Shown here: piece by piece, positions 38,956 through 51,179 of the stretch
How positions within the stretch are numbered: position 1 is the stretch's first letter
How the letters are laid out: every line of letters starts with the position of its first letter
Source of the DNA: Octopus bimaculoides
Lineage: Eukaryota
DNA length: 64,000 nucleotides
Assembly: GCF_001194135.2 (NCBI RefSeq)
Contig: NC_068993.1
Location: forward strand, 49,262,096-49,326,095
Direction: 5' to 3'
Translations under genes and position numbers: made by a program
Notes under the pieces: model-generated
Databases searched by the model: none
Seen by the model: only the letters and a program-made list of their open reading frames with translations
Told to the model about the DNA's origin: nothing

Positions 38956-40189
38956 AAACATAGCTGGGAAATTTTTTAAAGACATGCACTTCAAAGATTA
39001 TTATTTCTTTTATTATATGTGTTGGAAAAAATAAAATTCTTTAAACATTTATAAAATGTTTGTGAAATCAGATAAAAACATATTTCCTTGTGTTACTATG
39101 AACAAGTTACTAAGTTCAATAATAAATTCCCAAGAGTGAACAAAACAGTTTCAAAAAGTTAAAACTATGACAATTTTTCTTAACTGTCAAACTAGAAAAA
39201 GAATGATATAGAATTACAATGTTTGAATCCAACACTCCAATAAGATAGAAAAAAAAAAAGGCTGTCGAATCCATATGTAAGTTCGTTTTAAATTTTTGAA
39301 ATGGTGCTTGTTGTGACTAAATCTACCATTAAGTTTTCCAGTGTAGTAACCCAAGCAGTGTTAGTAGTGATGGCTATAATATCTCAATATAGCAATAGAG
39401 TTATGGTAAGAATGATGATTGCTAAAATCTCCAATATAGGATTCTGAATGCTCTATCAATAAAGAAATATGGTTTGCATTTGTGATGCATGCTTGCATGT
39501 AACTTGTCAGCAGCCCCACCCATGGTCATAACAAAAATTCAACTTGCTTCATTCCTAAACATGAAAACGATCTTGTGACAAGTTTAGTTATTTCACTGTT
39601 TTTTTTCCCTTTCTTTTTTCCCCCTTGTTCATTATAAGTATTAAATTAAATTGTGTCAGTTTATCCTGTCTATAATTAAAGATCTCAGTACATGCCAACA
39701 CTATTGTTTATTTAGATATAAAATCTGTTTTATATATAACTATTCTTTAGAATATATATTTTTTTTATTGTTCACAAGATATCTTTCCAACTGTTCATGT
39801 ACAAAGTATCAGAATACATGTTCTTTTGTTTTTGTTTTTTTTCTTTCTTTTTGATATACACTTATCAAAGTGATACACTACAAGACATTTTTTCCTTTAC
39901 ATTTACACTGCTTCAGAATTCCTGACTGTTGTTAACAATAAAAAAAAAAAGAAAAAGAAAGAATTAAAAAATGTAAAATTAGGGAAGTGTTAATTTCTAA
40001 ATAAAGTGGATATGATTATGCTCTTTGCTTCTGGATGCTAGCAAGAGACAAATACTACTTCTACATGGTGTCTAGAGAAATGGGAAAAAATGTATTTTTG
40101 TCTGTAATTTGTTAGCCTTCCATAATCATAACTTTACAGTCAATGGGATCAACTTTTGATATATACCTTCACTCATGTCTTCCTGTAAG

Positions 40190-40590
40190 GTGCAGGCATG
40201 ACTATGTAGTAAAAAGCTTGCTTCCCAACTACATGGTTCTGAGATCATTCCCACTGCATGGCACTTTGGGCAAGTGTTTTCTGCTATAGCCTCAGGCTGA
40301 CCAAAGCCTTGTGAGTGGATTTAGTAGACGAAAACTGAAAGAAGCCCATCGTACATATATATATATGCATACGTATATCTATGTGTGTGTCTTTCTGTCT
40401 CTGTGTTTGTTCCCCCCACCGCTGCTTGACAACAGGTGTCGGTGTGTTTGCATCCATGTAACTTAACAGTTCAGCAAAAGAGACTGATAGAATCTTAAAA
40501 AAATAAGTACTGGGGTTGATTCGTTCTGCTAAAAATTCAAGGTGGTGCTTCAGCATGGCTGCAGTCTCATGACTAAAATGAGTAAATGAT
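40190..40590 (+). mobile_element. SINE family A, full-length
   Basis: Head ggtgcaggcatgactatgtagtaaaaagc, internal (TA)n(TG)n, tail cagcatggctgcagtctcatgactaaaatgagtaaa. Confidence 0.85.
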
Positions 40591-42121
40591 AAAAGATGTA
40601 CTACTCAGACTGCTGCTCAAAGTAAACTACATTTGCTATTCGCTATCCACTCGTTTCTACTTACTGTCTGCTCATTTAATTTATTCCTCCCCTGACATAC
40701 TGGCTCCTATAACATTCCATTTAATGCTGTTCAATTCCAGTTGCTACTCTTCTGTTTCTCATCTTTACATTGACTCAGTTCAGACAACATTAAGCATTTT
40801 GCTCATTTTTAGCAGTACCAGTTTACATCCACTTAACTTCACCAAGAATAAACCATTTCTCTGTCTAGACAGGTTTAAAGAGCTAATAAGCAATGCTGGT
40901 TCAATTTAAACCAACAAACAAGAAGTTAAGTTGAGTCAATATAATAAATTTATCTCTTTCCCATATTCACATTCCTCATCATTAGGTAAATCTTATTCTT
41001 AGAAAATTCTTTTTCACAGCAACAAGAGGCAAATGAAGTAGATACAGAATATCTTACAAAATGTACTTTTAACACCTTAGATTATATTTTTCGAGTATAA
41101 CCTATAAAAAGCATCAGATTTTATTATTAAATGAAATACAATGGATATTTTTTAAAGTTTTTTTTTTTTTTTTTGGCTGGTGTCTTTTTTTCTTATTTAG
41201 CTCTTATTTAGCATGGTTACGTATTATTTTTTGCTAAAATTTATAGTTTGATAGTCTATTGAAAATTTGATAACAGCCATGAATGATAAAAGTGAAAATA
41301 AGTCAATTGCTTTTTCTAAAAAAAAAATATACTGTAAATCATGTGAAAAAGTGATGAGACAGTGCTTAAAGAACAAATACAAAGAAATGGTAATGAAACT
41401 TGTCTGAAGATTGAATTCCTTAGTGTGCCAACTTAATATTGGTAATAGTAAACAATGTGAATGTAGAAAACATATTGCAGAAGTAGCGGAACTGACAGAC
41501 TAGTTGGGTGGTTTAAGATGGATTGTGATTTCTTTGAGTGTAACAACTCCATTAGTAAGATTTCCCAAACTTAATCTTCCACTTTGAAAATATCATGCCA
41601 AATAGATTATGACTAAATTATGAAATTTTTTTTTCAAAATTTAGTCCTTTTTTATCTTGTGCACACAATCTTTATACTGAGTATAACAAAGTGTATACAA
41701 CATTTTTTTAATAGTATTTGTTTAATATGTTGATTGACTTTTTTTATATTTTAGCTTCAAATGTTCAATAAATTAAGCTCTTAGTAATTTCATTGTATAA
41801 GCTCTTAGTAATTTCATTGTAGTTGGGTTGTTTTTATTGTTGGGTTTTATTGCAAGCCTGTAGCACAATAAAGGTGTCATTTTGGCAGAATCATTAGGAC
41901 ATCTGATATTTGTTGCAAGTTTCTGCTCACTAAGTTCAAATCTTGCCTTGGTTAATTTTGGGGTTGATGAATAAAGTACTAGTCTAGTACTGGAGTTGAC
42001 TTCTTTTTACTCTTTTTCTGACTTCCTTTCTTTTTGGAAGAAACTAGTTGTGTTCTGACCTAGTGAGGGATGGGTTCCACCAGGTTTAAAAAGTGCCGAA
42101 GACATGCTATCTGCCATAACA

Positions 42122-42243
42122 GTGTTCTTGCAACTTTTTGAGGACAGCTTTTACAACTCCTTTGGGACAGTGCTCCTACAACTCCTTTGGAACAGTATTC
42201 TTACAACTCCTTTGGGACAGCACTCCTACAACTCTTTTGGGAA
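42122..42243. repeat. 25-bp minisatellite, about 5 copies (tacaactcctttgggacagtgctcc)
   Basis: Three near-identical 25-mers with degenerate flanking units, seen directly. Confidence 0.85.
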
Positions 42244-42944
42244 TTGAGAGCCCAAAGAAGGAAGTAACAGTGCAATGACAACAGATCAAAGTTTTAACAG
42301 CAACTCATAGATCTTACTAAGACAAGTAGGGTAAAAGTATTCAGCATATTTTGTATCAAACATTGTATTGTAGCTCTGATTAATTATGTCTTTATCGTGG
42401 CTGTGCTGTGTTTAAATAATAATAATAATGATGATGAGGATGATGATGAGAGGAGCTGGCCTTGTGCCAGATGATGAGAACTTAGAGAATGAAAAGAGGG
42501 ACAGAAATTGGTGTCTTGCAGCAGAGGAGATACATGGCTGCCTCAGTTGGAAAGAGAGCAGAAAGACAGGATGGTGAAGATCTGATGGGTTGGGGGTTTG
42601 AATTCGGTGAATAGGCATAGAAGCTCACAAGGTTGCAAAAGGAGAGTGGGGAAATGGAGAGCAAGGGAATGTAGTGATATGGCACAGATAGGGGAAGGGG
42701 TGGTTAGGAGGATAATGTGAGAAAGAAATACGACAGGGATATAGTGTGCAGGTGGACTTGTGGGGTGGGGAGTGAGAAGATAGAGGGAAGAATACAACAA
42801 GTCGTAGATGTGGGTAGGTGGAAGGTGTTGGGAAGATGGCATGTGACACACACACACACACTCAGTTGTCAGGGATAGATTGTGTGTGGGAGCGTGGACA
42901 AAAAGGATATGATTTTTTGGCCTGAATTTTATTCAGGTGGTCAG

Positions 42945-44055
42945 GTCTTCTCAAGCACAGCAAATTGCCGATTGTTTTGGTCCTTTGTTAGCTCTTCCAT
43001 GAGGCTCAACAACTGAATATCATTTCTCACCCCTTCATCCATCACTTCCTAGCTCTTTGTCTTCCACAGTTTCCTTCCACATTTAGAGATTGGCACATTT
43101 TTATGAAGACTAAATTGGTACTTCTTTATGCAGCCGTCTTTGTTCATGTGCATCACATGACCTTCCATGCAGTCTTCTCTCTTGCACGCTACATGTAATG
43201 CCTTTTATACCCAATTTTATCCTCAAACACACTTTGCCATACATGCACACTGATATTGCACTTCATTTCTTTCAACCTCAGCATGTCCTCTGCATTCATA
43301 GCCTATTTTCACTACCATGTAAACTAGCTGTTTGTACACAGGCATCATACTCTGAAAGAGAAGCCCTTTGTTACCAACAAAGGTAATAGCTCTCTGAACT
43401 TTGCCCAGCCTGTTCTTATTCTAGCAACTATGCTTTCAGAGTATCCTCTTCCACTACTAATTTGGTCACATAGGTATAGAAAACAACTGCTACTTCTAAG
43501 GATATTCTTGTTCTTAGTGTTTCTTGTTCCTGCATATCTGCCACGTACAAAGATTACTTTTCTTGTTAACCTTCCTGCAATTCTACTGGTCCTCTTATGT
43601 GTCCATAGCTTGCACTGGGTTCACTATGAAATTTCTATGTACACATTTTCTACATATCAAGCAGAGACATTTTCTTGAAGGAATTAGTAATTTGTTTGCT
43701 TTCCTGCTTACTATTATTTAGGTGTTTGGTAAATTAACTCTGAGGCTCTTTGATTCTTGGCCTTGCTTCCACACCTGAGATTTCTTCTCTAATTCTTCTC
43801 GAAATTCAGCCATAAGAACAAGGTCATCAGCATAGAGAAGCTCCCATGGGTAACCAATTTTAATTTCCTTGTTTATCACCGCCTGGAGGACTATGATACA
43901 CAAGAAGGAACAGAGAACTGATCCTTGGTGAACTCCAACCTGCATACTAAATTCGTTGCTATACTCATTGCTGACTTTCACTTTTACTGACTGCGTCCCT
44001 GTACATGGCTTGGACAGCTCTCACTAGCCACTCATCTATCCCTAGCTTCAACAGT
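42945..44055 (-). mobile_element. RTE-clade LINE, 5'-truncated, with RT core and C-terminus (pseudogenised)
   Basis: ORF 43718..43981 (-): VGVHQGSVLCSFLCIIVL...PWELLYADDLVLMAE, containing the non-LTR RT QG and YADD motifs. Upstream LGIDEWLVRAVQAMYRDAV. The downstream region carries stops. Confidence 0.9.
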
Positions 44056-44606
44056 GACCACCAGATGTGGCAGTGAAGGACCCTATCAAGATCTTTCTCC
44101 ATGTTCACAAATGTCAAGTGCAGCAGATTTTGTTGCTACATAGAACAGGCTAAGTGATAAGTCCTTCTTTTAGAATTGCCCCAGACTTCCAGCAGTTTTT
44201 CAAAATGAAGTGACTCTTAAATAATGCCTGCATCTCTAAATTTAATATATCTTTCTATATAATGGGAATAAAGTTAAATGTGATTATATATGAATAAATA
44301 TTTACAATAAACTTAGATTTTTAATATAGAAACTATATGTCATTTGGAGTTGCAATTCTGCGAAGTGGATCCTATGTTCTGATGTTTGGTAAATTGTCAG
44401 ATGGCTAGTTAAAAGTTGATAAGCTCTCTTATTATTATATATAGTTCTATTTTCATAATGGAAGCATGCTATCTCTAAATTGAGTCAGAATAAAAGTAAT
44501 GTGAATGTGCATCACATAAAACCCAGACTTGATCAGATTAACTTCAGTGTTTTCTTCATCATTTTCGTTGATTCTGATTTGTTTATCCTGTTTTTCTTAA
44601 ACATAG

Positions 44607-44667
44607 CTGCTCTTTCTTTTGGAATCCACCAACCAGCTGCCTCTGACATTACAAAGCTTTGTGAGAT
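44607..44667 (+). other. Candidate internal exon (61 nt; alternative donor after 44660 gives 54 nt) of an unidentified gene
   Basis: Long pyrimidine tract ...tttttcttaaacatag| and donor GAT|gtgagt. Two frames are open (LLFLLESTNQLPLTLQSFVR or ALSFGIHQPAASDITKLCE). No homology recognised. Confidence 0.35.
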
Positions 44668-45571
44668 GTGAGTTTCTAATTAAGTATCTGATGCTTTGGT
44701 TGTACGAAATATCTATCTATCTATCTATCTACATTGAAGATGAAAAGGTACTATAAAACATATGAAAGCTGTGCACCTTAACTATGCAGAGCTAGTTACT
44801 TGCAGAGATTCAGAAAGATTTGTTTGATATGTCGCTCTGGATAAAGTCGGAATTCTTTGAAAGTGCTCTTTGCTACTAAAATATTAACGTTTGCCTTTGT
44901 TTCTTTTTGACTTTTCCTTTTTTCTAAAGTGGTGCTAGTATCTTAGTTAAGTGGAATTGTCAAATTAAAACTTTTAATGGAAAGATTTATGCAAGTTACA
45001 GGTAACAGGAATAAGGAAAGAGATGAAATTCTAGGAGGAAGTTTTATGTGATAAGATTATCTTGCTTCTAGTAATCGACTTACTAGCTTCTTTTTGTTTT
45101 TATTTTTGTTAGTACTTTTCTCAATGGTTGATTAATTAGTTGTAGTTTTGACATCTCCCTATAAAACACTTGCTCTAAAAGTACTTCAAAGATATGTGAC
45201 TTGTAGATCCAGTAATTTTATGTTGATAATTCTTCTCATTCTGTGAGCACTAGCAGATGTAGAATACAGCTAATATGAAATGGATAATTTTTTTTTTTTT
45301 ATTACTGTAAATCTGAAAATGTTTTCATATTGTATGAAATTATTACTATGAAATTTATTTTAAACATCTATGAATTTGGCATAGACAAAATATTGTACTG
45401 GAAATATTTGCTGTTTTTTCTAGCATGAATCTGAGTTCAAAGCCTCTTACACATAATAAAATTGTAGCTTGTACAGTAATTCTCCTTGGGTTGACATTAA
45501 AAATAAAATGTAATATGCATACTTCTATCTTTTAGCATCTAGCAATCTAACAATAATATTTAGTCTAATAT

Positions 45572-46600
45572 GACTGTGCAACAAATTTTAGCTTAAAAAA
45601 AAGTACAAGTCAAGTAAGACATGTTTCTGGGTCAAAAAATTGTCCTGATTCTGATCTTTATTTCTCCAGATTAGGCACCGTTTTCCTGTACCATGAACCA
45701 TATGTTTTATAATATACTGCATTCAACACAACATTGCAAATACTGAAAATTACAAAAAAACAAAACAAAAATTTAGTTGGTATAACAAAACATATATTGG
45801 TTATGAATTAAAAACACACCTGTCAGTTTAAACAACTTTGGTCCTTGTAAGCCTCTTGTGCAGAGTGTGATCTTTTTTTATAACCTAGCAGTAGTTTGCC
45901 AACATGCCAGAGTTCCATTTTCCTTTGAATCGTCGTTCCATCACTGAAATATCCTTTTGCCATTTTCATCACTCACATCACCAAGATTTTTCGCAAAAAC
46001 ATCCAAGTGAGAGTGAAGCACCAGAACTTTTAGAGACATGTTACATCCCGTATCATGGTAATGACTCAGCAGATCGTTCACAACTTGCACATAGTCTTCT
46101 GCATGATGGTTGCGCAGGAAGTTATCGCAAACTTTCTTGAATGACTCAAAGGCAAGCTTCTCTTTTCTCTCGAGATGTATGATGAAGGTTTCATCAAGTA
46201 CAATTTTTCAAATTTGGGGACCTATGAAGAAACCTTCTTTAATCTTAGCTTGACTCAAGGAAGGGAACTTTTCTGCAAGATATGCAAATACAGAGGATTC
46301 CTTGTCCAAGGCTTTCACAAATTGCTTAAACAAACCAAGTTTAATATGCAAAGGTGGTAAAAAAAATTTTATCACTTTTCACAAGTGGTTTGTGCATGAT
46401 GTTGTGTTTTCCTTGCTCAATTTCATCTCGGATCGGCCAATCCTTGCATACATAATGTTCAGCGTTTGCTCTGGAATTCCATAAGCACAGGAAGCAGCAA
46501 AATTTAGTATAGCCAAGCTGAAGGCCAATAAGCATGGCCACAACTTTAAAATCTGCACAAATATGCCAGGTATGGTCATCATACTATATGCTTGTTAGAA
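45572..46600 (-). mobile_element. Chapaev3-type (CMC superfamily) DNA transposon remnant: C-terminal transposase pseudogene (about 45885-46590) plus probable 3' terminus
   Basis: Manual translation: WHICADFKVVAMLIGLQLGYTKFCCFLCLWNSRA...WPIR...KPLVKSDKIF/LPPLHIKLGLFKQFVKALD...FPSLSQAKIKEGFFIGPQI*K...GCNMSLKVLVLHSHLD...NLGDVSDE...MERRFKGKWNSGMLANYC. This motif string matches what I recall for Chapaev3 transposases. gactgtgcaacaaa at 45572 resembles a CAC-starting TIR. Confidence 0.8.
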
Positions 46601-47220
46601 TTGCTTTCAGAGAGAGATGTTTATGCATAGGTGTGTGATTAAGAAGTTAACTTTGTAAATCCCTAGATTCTAGTTGATCTGACTGCATGGATCTTGGCTA
46701 ATTGTCTTCTACTCTACTTCAGGTCAAAGTCTTGTGAGTGAAATTTGCTTGGCAGAAACTACCTTACAAATTTGATACTATGTGTGCGTGCGCACGCACA
46801 TGCATGTGTTTTACACGTGCATGAGTTTCCAGTCAGTTCCTGTCTATGAAATTCCTCTCATAAAACATTGGTCATTCCAAAGTTAAACGATAGCAGACAC
46901 TTGGTTAAAGTGGGACTGAAGCAGGAAAAAACATGGTTGCAAAATAAACATCTGAACTGCAAAGCCATGCCTATGCCTACTAAATGATTGATACAATGAA
47001 TCTAAACCTTTTGACCTGATGTTCTAGCATGGCCACAGTCAAATGACTAAAACCAGTTATGGAATACACACACACATGCATACAAACACCCTCACACCTN
47101 NNNNNNNNNTATATATATATATATATACTTGTAAATTATTCAGAGTTAGGAAGTACATAATTTTTACTGTTAATTACTTCACTCTGTTTGTTTGATTCCT
47201 TCCTGTTTCTTTCCACAAAC

Positions 47221-47271
47221 ATGAACCAGACTGCTGAGCTTGAAGAGTGTGACAACAGGCAGTCTGTTATT
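47221..47271 (+). CDS. Candidate short first coding exon MNQTAELEECDNRQSVI
   Basis: ATG in caaacATG context, 17 open codons, phase-0 donor ATT|gtaagt. No downstream partner exon identified. Confidence 0.2.
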
Positions 47272-48871
47272 GTAAGTTGCTGCTGAAGTTTGTGATGATG
47301 GTCTGTCAAATTGTACCTGACAAGCTGTCATGGCAATATTTAGACTTGGCTAATTGCTACAAGAGTGGACCAAGGGTATAGATGTGTGTCTAATTTGAAA
47401 TACTGAGATATAGAAAAAAAAAAGAAAAAAAGAAAGGAAATAATAATTAGCGAAACAAACACAAACTATTTTGTGTCAATTACAACCTAATCCCACCCAC
47501 TTTGTACAATAGTCATCCACCTACTGCTACATACATACAGGTGTGTTTTTGGTAAGCTTTCATCATCTCAGTTTTTTTTTAAACATACAAGGATCATTCA
47601 TCACCTTTTCCTGTCCTTTAACTCTGATTATACAAACACATACACACTCTTCTCTTCTTCTCTCTTGACTAGTTTTTACTGCCAGGTGCAATGAGAATTT
47701 ATTTTCTACAGCTAATATAGGATGGTGTATTTTTTTTTCCGTCTAAAATGTCTGTTTTTCTATCTCCATTAACTGTATTAATGATTGTTTTAGCATTAAA
47801 AGCATTTCATTCAAAATACCAGCCAAGATACAAACCTGTTCTTTTAACGATGTTTTTCTTCTCAATGGTTTGGTTTTAAATTAAATATTTTATTGTTATT
47901 ATTATTATTATTATTATTAATTACTGGTCTCAAAACTTTTGACAACAGAACATACTTAACTATATCATCTACTTTGTTAACCTTCATTTAGGGTTTTGCT
48001 TTTGCTTTTAGTATTTTGTTTCCATTTCTATATGTTTTTTAATCATATAGTCGAAGGAAAGGCCTATATTTGATGTACAATGAATCAAATGAGTGTAATT
48101 AATATACAGTCTGTTGGATGTCAGTTAATCCAGAGTACTTTTATTAATATATTTTTTTTTATTTGTTGATGATCAAATATTGTGTTTATTGACATTTCGA
48201 GCGTTGGAGTTTGTGTATGTGTCTGTGTTTGTGTGTGAATGTGTCTATATTTCTATGTGTTTATTTGTATGTGTAAGCTTGTGTGTATTTAAATGTTTTT
48301 TGCGTATGTCTGTGTTTTTGTCTTTATATCGTTATTCATTTAAAAATTTATATATTAATTTAATACCACCCAAAACCCACTGACATGTTATATCGGGCAA
48401 AAATCATTACTGAACTTGTTGTATTCAGTATTTCAAAATATAATGCCTTACCTAATCTGGAGCAATTTAATGATTTTTTTTTCCCATAATTCTGGTTTCT
48501 GATTACCTAATTAATCATTTTTCCTCTTTAAAATGATTTTTAGTAATTAATAATTAACCCTGCTTAATTGCTACAGAAATAAAGATGAAAAAAAAAACAA
48601 ACTGTTCCTTTGCTAAATCCCTGCCATTATGGATTTTGCACATACTGATATGGTTATCACATACAGTTCCTTTGTATGTATATTTAATTAGAAAATGTCA
48701 ATTTATTTAGAATATTTTACAATTAAAAAAAACAGAGCATAGAGACTAGCATATATGTTTGTACATAATGGATTTTGTTTTGATTTGATCATGAAAATTT
48801 AAACAGTTCTTTTTTTTTAATTTGGATATTTTATTTTACCTCTATTTAATTTCACATTGAGCATATTTTAA

Positions 48872-48904
<33 letters not shown>

Positions 48905-49300
48905 TAGTAGAATAAGTTTTTTTTTTCATATTTGCAATTCAGCTGCAGCTAATTTATTAAAAAGGGAATTGTTGACAGCAAAAGAGAAAATTTGCTTCTA
49001 AATAATGTTGTTTTTTTTTTTTAACAAATATGGATGGCCTAAAGGAGAATGAAAAGTAAAAGAAAGGAAAAGCAAATGAAACATCCTACTTGTCTGTCTC
49101 TACATATTTACACACACACACACACACGCCAACATCCACACATTCCAGGTGTATTCTGATTTTTAGAAGAGGCGCTCCACATTCCAGTATGTCAGAGGTG
49201 ACAACTAAATGAGTTAGTATTAGAAAGGGCATCTGACCATAAAACACTGCTTCAAAAGTCCATCCTATTCATGCCAATATAGAAAAGTAGGCATAAAACT

Positions 49301-49362
<62 letters not shown>

Positions 49363-49554
49363 CTCATGTCCGTGTGCAACTGCAGTAATGGAGAATGCAA
49401 CCGTGTAGACGAATGGAGAATAATGACTACTGCCATCTATGCTAGATTTATATATTCATTATGTGCCCTCACCTGTGAAGAAACCATGGAAAATTCAGGT
49501 CGCTGTAAATGCTGCTGGTAACTTGTAATATGTGTACACACACACACGTGCACA

Positions 49555-49762
49555 CATGTTGGCACGAAGCCTGAAATTTTGGGAAAGGGGAATAGTCAAA
49601 TACACCCACCCCAGTGCTCAAATGGTACCTATTTTTTAACAACTCCAAAAGGATGAAAAGTAAGGTCGACCATAGCAGAATTTGATCTTAGGACGTAAAG
49701 CTGGAAGAAAAGTTGCTAACCATTTTGTCCAGTGCAGTAACGATTCTGCCAGCTCCCTACCT
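49555..49762 (-). mobile_element. SINE family B, full-length
   Basis: ggcacgaagcctgaaattttgg...ggatgaaaagtaaggtcgacc...cgattctgccagctcc is the reverse complement of family B. Confidence 0.8.
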
Positions 49763-49766
49763 TATA

Positions 49767-50040
49767 TGTTACTAGTTACAATTGTTACCTTTTTAACCCC
49801 GTTACATGCGAATGATTTCACTTGAAAAGTTACACTATACTTACGGTTGGTTACAGTGGAGTAACACCTTATCAGACTTGCATCAAAAGATGCGCCCTTA
49901 CACCTTTTGATGTAAGTCTGATCAAGTGCCAGTCCGGTATATTATTCAGCCGCAAATATTGCACACCTTTTCACATGAGATCATTTATGCACAATGACGT
50001 TAATAACGTAGCGATACCGAAGCAATTGTAACTAGTAACA
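49767..50040. mobile_element. 274-bp MITE-like element with 18-bp perfect terminal inverted repeats and an internal 19-bp hairpin
   Basis: tgttactagttacaattg (49767-49784) versus caattgtaactagtaaca (50023-50040). Internal atcagacttgcatcaaaag (49871-49889) versus cttttgatgtaagtctgat (49904-49922). Confidence 0.75.
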
Positions 50041-50220
50041 AAGATGTGCTAACTTCATTCTTTGTCTTCTTATTTGGATTTATATGTTACTTTTTGTGAG
50101 ACCCACATATAGGTCTTACTGTGATGTACCTGGAATTTCTGCTCCATTGGTCTTCCAATTTTTCTCAATATTCCAGTTCGAGAGTATAGATTGTCAAGAC
50201 TTGTGGTTGAGTGCTGCATT

Positions 50221-50267
<47 letters not shown>

Positions 50268-50407
50268 CTGTCACCTTTGGCTTCAAACATATAGCGAAAC
50301 TTAATTTTATTACGCCTTCTTTTAAGTCTCACGTAACAACTAACTGTAATTGTCAAACATTAATATTCTGAATCATGGATGAATATGTATGTGTAATCAT
50401 AAAACAC

Positions 50408-50451
<44 letters not shown>

Positions 50452-50612
50452 TCTCTCTCAGCGAACTTTATATTCTTCCTCTTACCATCTTGCATGAGAA
50501 TAGCATTGTGATGCAATACGAAAATATCACTATTCTATAAATCATGGTTAAAGGAAAATTGATATTTCCATAAGAAAAGTCTTTATGTGTGTATGCGTGT
50601 GCGTGCGTGCAT

Positions 50613-50646
<34 letters not shown>

Positions 50647-51179
50647 TGGCCCATGTATGTGTTTAAATATTCATCATATATGTATAATGTAGTGATATAT
50701 GCAAATAAGTTCTTGTTTAACTGACAACTTTCATGTTAAAGAATGCAGTAACATATTAAGTATATTAATCAAGGATACTTTTTATATGAAGTCTATTACA
50801 GATGACATTAGAATATACTTTGGCCAATTGATATGACATAAAGAAAAGATTAGAATTACAAAGGAATTTCCTTCATGCCACGGAACAATATTTATTTATT
50901 AAAGAAATCATGTGGATGAAAGCTAATGCCTGACATGAAAATCATTTAGTAAATTTACGAAATATTACTAATGATAATGATTATATTATAATTATTCTAT
51001 ATATCATAACAATTATATTATAATCTCAGAATTTATCAAGAAAAGAAAATTGATCATGAACATCACATACAGTCTAAAGATAAGCATTCAACTATGACCC
51101 TTTTTCAGTCTTATATATCGACATGATTTATCCTGTTTTAAATCTTTCATCATCATCTTTATCGTCATTCTTGTCATCG

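Noticed and set aside
41774-41821. 24-bp exact tandem duplication (similar: 12-bp x3 at about 56515-56550; ~28-bp duplication at about 54884-54940)
   Set aside because: These are ordinary slippage duplications with no further structure.
42122-42243. CRISPR-like array
   Set aside because: The units are contiguous with no unique spacers, and the context is eukaryotic. This is a minisatellite.
49306-49521. Cys-rich ORF (CVCV...MSVCNCSNGECNRVDEW...CKCCW) and a nearby minus-strand CAG|gtgagg donor at about 49472
   Set aside because: The ORF start is a (GT)n tract and the remainder is short with no recognisable domain. The minus-strand candidate lacks a pyrimidine-rich acceptor.
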